32,000 nucleotides of DNA from NCBI RefSeq assembly GCF_001462395.1, contig NZ_LNTB01000001.1:1469249-1501248 (forward strand), in the 5' to 3' direction. The stretch is from Pyrodictium occultum (lineage in GTDB: Archaea > Thermoproteota > Thermoprotei_A > Sulfolobales > Pyrodictiaceae). The notes under the pieces are model-generated. The model did no database searches. It saw only the letters and a program-made list of their open reading frames with translations, and was not told the origin of the DNA. Shown here one piece after another: positions 23,680-31,605 of this stretch (positions within the stretch are counted from its first letter, which is position 1; every line of letters begins with the position of its first letter). Made by a program: the position numbers and the translations under genes.

Positions 23680-24723
23680 GTGCCTGCTAATTTAGCCTCC
23701 TCTATGCTCCTCCGCACCCTGGGATGCCTGCTCTTGCCCCAGGAGCCTAGCTGGCGGCAGCCCAGCCTCCACGGCGTCCGGGGGCTGGGGGCCACCGAGG
23801 CGGCGGAGGAGGCTCTCAAGGGGCTTAGGAGGCTGGTGGAGGAGGCCCGCGACGTCTGGGGGCTCCTGGAGGCCCTGGACTTCCTGGAGGCCCGTATAGC
23901 GGCCAGGCCCTTCTCCGCCCCTCTGGTCAATACCGCGCGGGGCATACTCGAGGCCCTCGCGTCGAAAGAGTATGAAAGCATAGGCGAGGCTAGGAAGAGC
24001 ATAAGCGAGAGCGTCGATAGGGTGCTGGCTAGGGTCGTGGAGGAGACCGAGGCGGCTGCCGAGATAGCGGCCAGGAGGCTGGAGGATGGCGACGTTGTGC
24101 TAACCCAGGGGTATAGCAGGAGCGTCATACGGGCCCTGGAGAAGGCGGCCGCGATGGGGAAGGATATACGCGTTATAGTGGCCGAGTCAAGGCCTCTCCT
24201 GGACGGCGTGGAGGCGGCCCGGGCGCTCGCCAGGATAGGCATAGAGGTGACGCTGATAGTAGACTCGGCTATGAGGTTCATGGTGAAGGACGCCACCAGA
24301 GCGCTCATAGGGGCCGACGCGGTGACAGCTGACGGCACGGTGATATCGAGGACCGGCGCCGGGCTCCTGGCGCTCGCGGCCAACGAGGCACGGGTGCGCC
24401 TCATCGTGGTGGCGGGCTCCTACAAGCTCTACCCCGACACGGTCTACGGCCTCTCCATAGAGACCCCCGCGCTCGGCGACGAGATAATTCCGGAGGAGCA
24501 CCGGAGGCTGGGAGTCCGCGGCTACGCGCCCCTCTTCGAGCACATCCCGCCGAACCTGGTGGACGCGCTCGCCACGGAGAAGGGCCTCGTAGCCCCCGAG
24601 GCGGTGCCCGTGCTTATACGGGAGGAGTACGGCGAGTGGCCCCCACGCCTCGAGCCCCTCGACAAGCTCTTCGCCAGGGCTAGGGAGAGGCTCAGGGAGC
24701 TAGCCAGGGCCGAGAATAGGTGA
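23680..24723 (+). CDS. eIF-2B alpha/beta/delta-like (e2b2 / ribose-1,5-bisphosphate isomerase family) paralog 1, about 340 aa; lacks the conserved catalytic Cys
   Basis: Family-typical core is present (VIVAESRPLLDGVEAARAL...IGADAVTADGTVISRTGAG...VVAGSYKL). LTQGYSRS replaces the THCNS motif seen in paralog 2. The N-terminal start is uncertain (GTG 23680 or ATG 23704). Confidence 0.75.
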   Translation: MPANLASSMLLRTLGCLLLPQEPSWRQPSLHGVRGLGATEAAEEALKGLRRLVEEARDVWGLLEALDFLEARIAARPFSAPLVNTARGILEALASKEYESIGEARKSISESVDRVLARVVEETEAAAEIAARRLEDGDVVLTQGYSRSVIRALEKAAAMGKDIRVIVAESRPLLDGVEAARALARIGIEVTLIVDSAMRFMVKDATRALIGADAVTADGTVISRTGAGLLALAANEARVRLIVVAGSYKLYPDTVYGLSIETPALGDEIIPEEHRRLGVRGYAPLFEHIPPNLVDALATEKGLVAPEAVPVLIREEYGEWPPRLEPLDKLFARARERLRELARAENR

Positions 24724-24729
24724 CACGTA

Positions 24730-25701
24730 GTGGAGCTGCCGGAGGAGGTTAGGAGGATAGCCGAGGACATAAAGGCTATGAGGATACGCGGAGCCGGCCG
24801 CATAGCGAGAGCCGCGGCCCAGACCCTCATGCTGGCGGCCGAGGCCTACAAGGGGGACAGCCTCGAAGACTTCCGGGCCTACATGGAGGAGGTGGCGAGG
24901 CTCCTGATCTCCACCCGGCCCACGGCAGTAAGCCTGCCTAACGCGGTCAACTACGTCATGCGGGCGCTCCGCGAAGGCAGGTTCCAGTCCCCCGAGGATG
25001 CCCGCAAGGCGGTAGTGGAGGCGGCCAGGGACTTCATAGAGTACTCGCTGCAGGCGGTGAGGAGGATAGGCGAGATAGGCTCGAGGCTGATCGAGACGGG
25101 GGATAGGATAATCACCCACTGCAACAGCAACGCCGTGGAGTCGATACTGGTGACCGCGTGGAGGAGTGGGAAGAGGTTCCACGTCTACGCCACCGAGACG
25201 AGGCCCAGGTTCCAGGGCTATATAACAGCGAGGAACCTGGCTAGGGAGGGTATACCCGTCACCCTTGTGCCGGACTCAGCGGTGCTAAGCGTGATGAGGT
25301 CCAGGAGGATAACCAGGGTGATAGTAGGCGCCGACACCATCGCCGCCAACGGCGCGGTGATAAACAAGATCGGCACCAGCCAGATAGCCCTCGCCGCCCA
25401 CCTCCATAGGATCCCATTCATAGTGGCCACCGAGACCTACAAGTTCAGCCCCTACACGGTCGTGGGCCAGCCCGTCGAGATAGAGGAGAGGCCCCCAGAG
25501 GAGGTGCTGGAGAACCCCCCGGAGGGCGTCGTCATACGCAACCCGGCCTTCGACGCGACGCCGCCCGAGTATGTAGACATGATAGTGACCGAGAGGGGCA
25601 TCATACCCCCGAAGTCGGTGGCCCTCGTGCTCTGGGAACTCTTCCGCCGCCGCCCAGCCGAGGCCGGCGGCGTGAAGGTGGAGGAGGACGCCACGGCCTA
25701 A
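24730..25701 (+). CDS. eIF-2B-like family protein paralog 2 (ribose-1,5-bisphosphate isomerase / aIF-2B-II type), 323 aa
   Basis: Motifs IRGAGRIARAAA, TRPTAVSL, ITHCNSNAV, ATETRPRFQG, VGADTIAANGAVINKIGT and VATETYKF are present. GTG start lies 6 nt after the paralog 1 stop. Confidence 0.85.
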   Translation: MELPEEVRRIAEDIKAMRIRGAGRIARAAAQTLMLAAEAYKGDSLEDFRAYMEEVARLLISTRPTAVSLPNAVNYVMRALREGRFQSPEDARKAVVEAARDFIEYSLQAVRRIGEIGSRLIETGDRIITHCNSNAVESILVTAWRSGKRFHVYATETRPRFQGYITARNLAREGIPVTLVPDSAVLSVMRSRRITRVIVGADTIAANGAVINKIGTSQIALAAHLHRIPFIVATETYKFSPYTVVGQPVEIEERPPEEVLENPPEGVVIRNPAFDATPPEYVDMIVTERGIIPPKSVALVLWELFRRRPAEAGGVKVEEDATA

Positions 25702-25711
25702 AACCCGGGGG

Positions 25712-26122
25712 CTAGGCGGCCAGGTACTTCTCCAGCGCAGCTATCAGGGTATCGGCAAGCTCCCGTGGATCCCTGTACTCCACTATTATCCTCAGGCTAG
25801 GGTAGCCCGGCAGGCTCGTGTCCAGCTCGTAGCCCAGCCCCTCAGCGCCTAGGAGTCCGGCTAGCCGGATAGCGTCGGCCAGCGCTCTCCCGGCAGCCTC
25901 GTCGGCCTCGCGGCTGGAGCCCGGCAGCGGCACGGTTATCACCACCGCGTAGCCCCTGCCCCCGCCGGCCTCGGCAACCTCGACCACTATGTCGCCCAGG
26001 TGTATCCTTGTAGCCTCGCCCTCCGCCTCGAAGCTGATGCCACGGTCGCGGAGGAAGCCCTGCAGCCTCTTAGCCCAGCCAGTCTTAGCCGCGTGGCCGG
26101 GTATGCCCGCCTCCTCGGCCAT
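25712..26122 (-). CDS. Hypothetical protein, 136 aa
   Basis: From ATG 26122 (MAEEAGIPGHAAKTGWAKRLQGFLRDRGISFEAEGE...) the composition is protein-like. The upstream part of the 239-aa track ORF is Pro/Gly/Ala-rich and antisense to the DUF123 gene. I recognise no family. Confidence 0.5.
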   Translation of the reverse strand: MAEEAGIPGHAAKTGWAKRLQGFLRDRGISFEAEGEATRIHLGDIVVEVAEAGGGRGYAVVITVPLPGSSREADEAAGRALADAIRLAGLLGAEGLGYELDTSLPGYPSLRIIVEYRDPRELADTLIAALEKYLAA

Positions 26123-26221
26123 CCCGGCTCCACCCCCGGGGCTCAGGCCCCACGGGGGCAGTGTTAATGGATGCTCCGGTCCAGCGGCTACGGGCCCCGG
26201 CGGGCTGCAGGAGGCTGCAAG

Positions 26222-26737
26222 ATGCCCTGCGCCCAGCTGCCAGGCTGGAAGGGCGTCTACATAGTCGTCTTCGCCCTCCGCGAGGGCTACCGGGGCAGGG
26301 TGGGCTCCCGGGCCGCTGTGAGCCTCGAGCCCGGGGTCTACGCCTACCTCGGGAGCGCCTGGGGCCCCGGCGGGGTGCGTGCCAGGCTCTGCCGCCACCT
26401 CTACGGCCGCCGTGCCAGGCTCCACTGGCACATGGACTACCTAGCCGCTGCCCCGGGCTACAGGCCCCTGGGCGCGGTGGCTGTGAGGGCTCCGCGCGGC
26501 TCTGAGCCCCTGCTCGCAGCCGCGGCCTACGCCTCCAGGTGCTTTGAGCCCCTCGAGCCCGGCCTCGGGGGCACCGACGACCCCTACGGGCTCAGCCATG
26601 TGCTCCGCTGCGCTGCCCGCGACTGCCTCTCGGCGGCCCTGGGCCTCGCCTCCTCCCTGCCCGGCCTCCTGGCGGTCCATATGGCCGCCCCTGGCCTGGC
26701 CGGCCCCCGGCACTATAAGCATATTAATTCAATTTAA
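26222..26737 (+). CDS. DUF123 domain protein (GIY-YIG/Uri nuclease superfamily-like), about 171 aa
   Basis: GVYIVVF ... GVYAYLGSAWGPGGVRARLCRHL......HWHMDYL matches the DUF123 signature (GxYxYvGSA...RxxRH...HWHiDYL) as I recall it. I prefer ATG 26222 to the track start at 26171. Confidence 0.7.
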   Translation: MPCAQLPGWKGVYIVVFALREGYRGRVGSRAAVSLEPGVYAYLGSAWGPGGVRARLCRHLYGRRARLHWHMDYLAAAPGYRPLGAVAVRAPRGSEPLLAAAAYASRCFEPLEPGLGGTDDPYGLSHVLRCAARDCLSAALGLASSLPGLLAVHMAAPGLAGPRHYKHINSI

Positions 26738-26763
26738 TAGTAATTGATGGTTTGCGTGAGCGC

Positions 26764-26775
26764 AATGCTTAAATA
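26764..26775 (+). promoter_or_regulatory. AATGCTTAAATA 12-mer (TATA-like), identical to the motif upstream of tRNA-Lys
   Basis: The same 12-mer occurs exactly at 30251-30262. This copy sits about 200 nt upstream of the inositol-phosphate synthase start and 22 nt upstream of a strong hairpin. Confidence 0.35.
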
Positions 26776-26796
26776 AAGCCCGGCCTGTTAGCGGTG

Positions 26797-26850
26797 GAGC
26801 CTGGGGCCGTTGACACCCAGTAGTTCATTAAGCCTCTTCAACGCAGGCTC
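26797..26850 (+). other. Imperfect hairpin: GAGCCTG-(GGGC bulge)-CGTTGA-[24-nt loop]-TCAACG-CAGGCTC (13 bp); candidate 5' end of a small RNA or 5'-UTR structure
   Basis: Pairing verified by hand: 26797-26803 with 26844-26850, and 26808-26813 with 26838-26843. Confidence 0.4.
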
Positions 26851-26979
26851 AGCAGCCGGGAGGCCTTGAAAACCCAAATGGGTATCCATAGGTTATTGCT
26901 CCCTGCATAGGGTCTCCTAGCGCTCCGTTACCACGGCCCCCGCGAGGCAGCCACATGTACTCCGTGGTGGGTGGTAGCC

Positions 26980-28152
26980 ATGGCTGTGCGCGTGGTGCTG
27001 GTGGGCCAGGGTCTCGTGGCTACGCACTTCGCCGTAGGCGTGGAGAGGATAAAGAAGGGAGAGGTAGAGCCCTACGGAGTGCCCTTCGCCAAGTACAACA
27101 TGGTCTACGATATAAAGGACATAGAGATCGTGGGCAGCTACGACGTGGACGAGGAGAAGGTGGGCAAGACCCTCTACGATGTAGCCATCAAGTCCGTCGG
27201 CGACATACTGCCGGTGCCCGAGACGCTCAAGAGTGTCACTGTTAGGCGCGGCATCCACCTGGGCTCCCTCGAGGGCCTGCCCTTCCGGGTCAAGGGGCTC
27301 GAGGACGAGCTGGGCTCCACCAAGGCCGCGATAGAGAGGCTTGTTGAGGAGTGGAAGCAGCTCCAGCCCGACGTGATAGTGGAGGTGGCAACCACCGAGC
27401 CAGCCAAGGCGTTTAACGACGTGAAGGCCCTCGAGGAGGCGATAGAGAGGGATGATAGGAGGAGGCTGAGCGCCAGCCACGCCTACGCATACGCCGCCTA
27501 CCTCTACGCCAAGGAGACCGGGAGGAGGGTGGTCTTCGTGAACGTTATACCCAGCCCGATAGCCCGCGACGACGCGGTGGCGAAGCTCTTCGAGGAGGCC
27601 GAGAGCCTCGTGCTTGGCGACGATGGCGCCACTGGCGCGACCCCCCTGACCGCTGACCTGCTCGAGCACCTCGCGGAGAGGAACCGCTACGTGCTCAGCA
27701 TAGCCCAGTTCAACATAGGCGGCAACACCGACTTCCTGGCCCTAAGTGTGCCAGAGCGCAACAAGATGAAGGAGGAGACCAAGAGCAGCATAGTAAAGGA
27801 CATACTCGGCTACGATGCGCCCCACTACATCAAGCCCACCGGCTACCTGGAGCCGCTGGGCGACAAGAAGTTCGTCTCCATGCATATATGGTGGAAGACC
27901 TTCAACGGGCTGGAGGACGAGCTAGTGGTGAACATGAGGATAAACGACAGCCCCGCCCTGGCGGGCCTGCTAACCGACCTGGTGAGGATAGGTAAGGCGC
28001 TGGTGGAGAGGGGCGTCAAGGGTACAGCATACCCGGTGAACGCCTTCTTCATGAAGGATCCGGGGCCCCGCGGCGCCAGGAACATAGCCCGTATACGCGC
28101 CTACTACCAGCTGCTCGACTACCTGAGAGAGAAGGGCGTAATCAAGGCCTAA
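26980..28152 (+). CDS. myo-Inositol-1-phosphate synthase (archaeal short type), about 390 aa
   Basis: N-terminal Rossmann VRVVLVGQGLVATHF, central NVIPSPIA and QFNIGGNTDF motifs, and a length typical of archaeal MIPS. ATG at 26980; the in-frame GTG at 26971 is used by the track. Confidence 0.85.
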   Translation: MAVRVVLVGQGLVATHFAVGVERIKKGEVEPYGVPFAKYNMVYDIKDIEIVGSYDVDEEKVGKTLYDVAIKSVGDILPVPETLKSVTVRRGIHLGSLEGLPFRVKGLEDELGSTKAAIERLVEEWKQLQPDVIVEVATTEPAKAFNDVKALEEAIERDDRRRLSASHAYAYAAYLYAKETGRRVVFVNVIPSPIARDDAVAKLFEEAESLVLGDDGATGATPLTADLLEHLAERNRYVLSIAQFNIGGNTDFLALSVPERNKMKEETKSSIVKDILGYDAPHYIKPTGYLEPLGDKKFVSMHIWWKTFNGLEDELVVNMRINDSPALAGLLTDLVRIGKALVERGVKGTAYPVNAFFMKDPGPRGARNIARIRAYYQLLDYLREKGVIKA

Positions 28153-28301
28153 GAGCTGTTTTACTGCACGCCACCGGCTGCATCCCTCTCCTCCTGGGGC
28201 CTGCCGGTGCCTCCCCCTACCCACCTCTCACTCCCCTTGCCCACCTGTACGCAGCTCTATTTACCGGGGGCGGGGCGGCCCCTGAAGCTGGATGATGCTC
28301 T

Positions 28302-29324
28302 ATGCGCTTCGTGTTGCGCTGCAAGCCGGGCGAGCATGGCGAGCGGCGGGAGAGAGTGGCGATAGTCGGCGCTGGCCCCGCCGGCCTCTATGCTGCCGGC
28401 TACCTCCGGTGCCGCGGCTTCAGGGTGACGGTCTATGACCAGAACCCGGAGCCCGGCGGCTTCCTAATCTTCGGCGTGCTGGACATACACATAGATAAGA
28501 ATGGCGTGCGCAAGGGGATAGAGGAGCTGCGGCAGATGGGCGTAGAGTTCCGGCAGGAGACGCGGGTCGGCAGGGATGTGATGCTCGGCGACCTGATAAA
28601 AGAGTACGACGCCGTCCTCATAGCCACGGGGACGTGGAGGAGCAGGAGGCTCCGAATACCCGGCTCGGAGCAGGAGGGAGTGCTGCCAGCCATGGAGTGG
28701 ATAGTGGGCTACCACATGTGGCGCTACGGCTATAGGGCTGAGAGGCCGCCGGTGGGCCGCCGCGTGGTGGTGGTGGGCGGCGGGCTGACAGCGGTCGACA
28801 CGGTCCATGTAGCCAAGTGGCTCGGCGCCGAGGAGATACACCTGGTCTACCGGCGCACCCGCCGCTACGCCCCCGCCGGGGAGAAGGGGTTCCGGGAGGC
28901 CGAGGAGGCAGGCGCCATAGTACACGAGCTCGTCACGCCCGTCGAGTACCTGGGCAGCGGGGGCCGTGTCGCAGCGGTGAGGCTGCAGCGTATGCGGCTC
29001 GTGGAGCAGCCGGGGGAGAAGAGGCCCAGACCCGTCCCGGTGCCCGGCGAGTACATTACGATAGAGGCGGACATGGTGCTGGAGGCTGTGGGGCTCATAC
29101 CGACACCCCCGTTCAATGGGGGAGACTACGGGATAAGGCTGAGAAGCAACGGCACCATAGACGTCGACGAGTACAAGAGGACCACCAGGGAGCCAGTGTT
29201 CGCCGCGGGAGACGTGGCCCACGGGCCCAGCCTGATAGGTCCTGCTATGAAGAGCGGGCTTGAGGCGGCGGAGGCTATCGAGAAGTACCTCAACGGGGAG
29301 ATAGGCTGGAGGACTGACGTCTAG
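28302..29324 (+). CDS. FAD/NAD(P)-dependent oxidoreductase, glutamate synthase small-subunit (GltD)-like but lacking the N-terminal Fe-S domain, 340 aa
   Basis: VAIVGAGPAGLYAAGYL (FAD), VVVVGGGLTAVD (NAD(P)H) and VFAAGDVAHGPSL motifs are present. The protein starts only about 20 aa before the first GxGxxG. Confidence 0.75.
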   Translation: MRFVLRCKPGEHGERRERVAIVGAGPAGLYAAGYLRCRGFRVTVYDQNPEPGGFLIFGVLDIHIDKNGVRKGIEELRQMGVEFRQETRVGRDVMLGDLIKEYDAVLIATGTWRSRRLRIPGSEQEGVLPAMEWIVGYHMWRYGYRAERPPVGRRVVVVGGGLTAVDTVHVAKWLGAEEIHLVYRRTRRYAPAGEKGFREAEEAGAIVHELVTPVEYLGSGGRVAAVRLQRMRLVEQPGEKRPRPVPVPGEYITIEADMVLEAVGLIPTPPFNGGDYGIRLRSNGTIDVDEYKRTTREPVFAAGDVAHGPSLIGPAMKSGLEAAEAIEKYLNGEIGWRTDV

Positions 29325-29842
29325 CCCTTTCCCCCGCCCCTCCTCTTTCCGGCCTCCTTGCCGGACGGCCTCCCCTTCCTCAAGTATCTATACACGCCCA
29401 GGGGAGCGGGTTCCCGCACCTCCGTCCTCCTAGCCAGCACCCACAGCGCCACCACTGTGGCCAGCATGCCGGTAAGCACCGCCGTCCTCGTAACGTCGAA
29501 GCTAGTGCCCATGAGTGCCAGTGTGCCTATGAGGTCTCTCGCCACGGCTATCGTTATCGCCTCGAAGAGTATGTCCATTCTGAAGCGCCCCTCTATGAGG
29601 CTCCCTACCACTGTGCGCGTGAGGTCTATGAAGACGAATATGAGGAGTATCCTCTCAACCGCCTCGTTGTATATGAAGCCGTGCACGAGCACTGTGTAGA
29701 AGAAGTCGGCTATGGCTAGGGAGGTCGCGGTTACGAGCGCCGCTAGGGCTGCAATCTCGAAGGCCTCATATATCTCCGCGATAATGTGTACAAGCCTGCT
29801 TTCGCGGGTCTTCTCCTCGTCTTCAGCGTCGCAGCCGGTCAC
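29321..29842 (-). CDS. PsiE-like (phosphate-starvation-inducible E family) membrane protein, 173 aa
   Basis: Four hydrophobic helices with a pattern (ILLIFVFIDLTRTV...ILFEAITIAVARDLI) that resembles E. coli PsiE as I remember it. The family call is tentative. Confidence 0.5.
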   Translation of the reverse strand: MTGCDAEDEEKTRESRLVHIIAEIYEAFEIAALAALVTATSLAIADFFYTVLVHGFIYNEAVERILLIFVFIDLTRTVVGSLIEGRFRMDILFEAITIAVARDLIGTLALMGTSFDVTRTAVLTGMLATVVALWVLARRTEVREPAPLGVYRYLRKGRPSGKEAGKRRGGGKG

Positions 29843-29929
29843 GGCTCAGCCGGGCACCCTCACGGCTGGTGCAAGCTGCTTGGAGGATTTTATGCCTGGT
29901 GCCTAGAGGAGTTTCACGGGGATGAAGCC

Positions 29930-30259
29930 GTGGAGTCCGGGCTCGTTGTGGTGTTCGTGACCGCGCCCCGCGGCAAGGGGGCTGAGATAGCGCGCCGGCT
30001 TCTCGGAGAGCGGCTCGCCGCCTGCGTCAACGTGGGGAGCGTGAGGAGCATGTACTGGTGGGAGGGGAGGATCGAGGAGGATGAGGAGGAGCTGCTCGTT
30101 ATAAAGACCACTGTCTCGAGGCTGGAGGAGCTTATTGAGCGCGTGAAGGAGATCCACCCGTATAGCGTGCCCGAGGTTATAGCTCTCCCCGTCATCGCGT
30201 GCCTGGGTGACTACTGTCGCTGGGCCCGCAGCGAGACCAAGCCTCAGAGAAATGCTTAA
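29930..30259 (+). CDS. cutA: Divalent-cation tolerance protein CutA, 109 aa
   Basis: VVVFVTAPRGKGAEIARRLLGERLAACVNV..VRSMYWWEGRIEEDEEELLVIKT....EELIERVKEIHPYSVPEVIALPV is the CutA1 pattern. I use the in-frame GTG at 29930. The track start at 29786 overlaps the divergent PsiE-like gene. Confidence 0.85.
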   Translation: MESGLVVVFVTAPRGKGAEIARRLLGERLAACVNVGSVRSMYWWEGRIEEDEEELLVIKTTVSRLEELIERVKEIHPYSVPEVIALPVIACLGDYCRWARSETKPQRNA

Positions 30260-30262
30260 ATA
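30251..30262 (+). promoter_or_regulatory. AATGCTTAAATA; TATA-like box of the tRNA-Lys promoter (overlaps the cutA stop codon)
   Basis: CTTAAATA is centred about 47 nt upstream of tRNA position 1, which implies a leader of about 20 nt. It is the only AT-rich element between cutA and the tRNA. Confidence 0.45.
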
Positions 30263-30305
30263 CCCCCAGCTGCTGTGGCCGGGTAGGACATGGAGCCGCG
30301 TGGCT

Positions 30306-30418
<113 letters not shown>

Positions 30419-30541
30419 ACGCCGGGATCCACTACCCCCTCCTCCTACCCTTCCACGTGGGCTTGCCTCCCGGCGCACGTCCCTACGCTCCTAGCATGCT
30501 CCAGCGCCTCGCCCTATTCCTCCCGGAGGGTTGCCCGGGTC

Positions 30542-30886
30542 TTGCAAGAGCCCAGGATCTACCCGAACGAGTGCGTCAGGAAGATAGTAGCATTCATACC
30601 CGAGGGCCATCTCCACGCCAGGTTCCTCCTGGACCTCGGCGACCAGGTCATAGTGCTCCACGAGGCAGTCGTGGCCGCGCTTGTGAGAGCCTACGCCATG
30701 GTTGCCGCTCACCCGGCGCGGCGGGCGGTGGAGCTGGAGGCCAGGCGGCTCGGAAGGGGCGAGAGGAAGCCTGGGTACGCGGAGTGGCAGCTCCTGGAGA
30801 CGGGCAGGAGCGAGGGGGAGGTGCTCGGAGAGGCTATGGAGGCCTGGTCCCGGGGGAGGCTCGCCGCCTGCAGGGGCGGCCGCTAG
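30542..30886 (+). CDS. Hypothetical protein, 114 aa
   Basis: Of the three overlapping ORFs here, only this frame has ordinary amino-acid composition and the ATA/AGG/GC3-rich codon usage seen in the confident genes. The start is TTG, and an internal start is possible. I recognise no family. Confidence 0.45.
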   Translation: MQEPRIYPNECVRKIVAFIPEGHLHARFLLDLGDQVIVLHEAVVAALVRAYAMVAAHPARRAVELEARRLGRGERKPGYAEWQLLETGRSEGEVLGEAMEAWSRGRLAACRGGR

Positions 30887-31605
30887 CCCCCGGCTCTCGC
30901 CTCCCCGCCGGCCCGCCTGGGGTACGGGCAGTAGCCTCGGAGAGGGCACTCGCTGCACCGCGGGCCCCGGGCGCGGCAGTACTGGCGGCCCAGCGCTATG
31001 AGGAGGCGGTGGGCCTCCTCGCTCCTCTCGGGGCCGAAGAACTCTAGGAGCGCCCGGGAGGCCTCGTCGTAGCCGGCCTTCTCGCCCACCAGGCCCCAGC
31101 GCTTTGCTATGCGGAGCGCATGCGTGTCCACGGCGAAGACCGGGGCGCGGCGCTTAAAGGAGAGGAACACGTCGGCAGTCTTCTTCCCCACCCCGGGTAT
31201 CGAGAGGAGGAACTCACGCAGCTTCTCCGGCGGCATCTCCATGAGGACCCTCTCTCCCCCGGCCTCGAGTATCCTACGGGCCGCCTCCCGGAGCGCCCGG
31301 GCCTTCTGCCTCCAGAGCCCCGCGGCCCTTATCGCCTCCCCGAGCTTCTCCTCGGGCACGCTCAGCACAGCCTCCGGGGTGACACGGCCCAGCAGCATCC
31401 GGAGGCTATGGTAGGCTCTTATCGAGCTCCGGGAGCTCGTATTCTGGCTTAGTATGATTGCGGCCAGGACGGCGAAGGGGTTCCCGTCAAGCCTGTCGGC
31501 TACAAGCACCACGTAGTCCCGCCAGTCCACGCGGAGGCTCCTGGAGAGGATCCTAAACACTGTCTTCCCGTCGACCCGCTCGGAGATGCTAGCTCCGCCG
31601 GCCAA
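30883..31605 (-). CDS. nth: Endonuclease III (Nth) family HhH-GPD DNA glycosylase with a 4Fe-4S cluster loop, 240 aa
   Basis: Helix-hairpin-helix LSIPGVGKKTADVFL, catalytic-region FAVDTHALRI, and C-terminal C-x6-C-x2-C-x5-C (CRARGPRCSECPLRGYC). TTG start at 31605. Confidence 0.9.
   Translation of the reverse strand: MAGGASISERVDGKTVFRILSRSLRVDWRDYVVLVADRLDGNPFAVLAAIILSQNTSSRSSIRAYHSLRMLLGRVTPEAVLSVPEEKLGEAIRAAGLWRQKARALREAARRILEAGGERVLMEMPPEKLREFLLSIPGVGKKTADVFLSFKRRAPVFAVDTHALRIAKRWGLVGEKAGYDEASRALLEFFGPERSEEAHRLLIALGRQYCRARGPRCSECPLRGYCPYPRRAGGEARAGG

Noticed and set aside
23628-24404. 258-aa minus-strand Ser/Ala/Thr-rich ORF
   Set aside because: It is antisense to the first e2b2 paralog, which has clear family motifs. 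Its composition is typical of the reverse frame of a GC3-rich gene.
26917-27669. 250-aa minus-strand ORF antisense to the inositol-phosphate synthase gene (and, likewise, 28464..29222 antisense to the GltD-like gene)
   Set aside because: The sense-strand genes have strong family motifs. The antisense translations are His/Gly/Leu/Val-rich with no motifs.
30457-31047. 196-aa plus-strand ORF and 155-aa minus-strand ORF (30491..30958) overlapping the 114-aa ORF and nth
   Set aside because: Both are Arg/Pro/Gly-rich with no motifs. The plus-strand ORF also runs antisense into the Fe-S cluster loop region of nth. The 30542..30886 frame has better codon usage.
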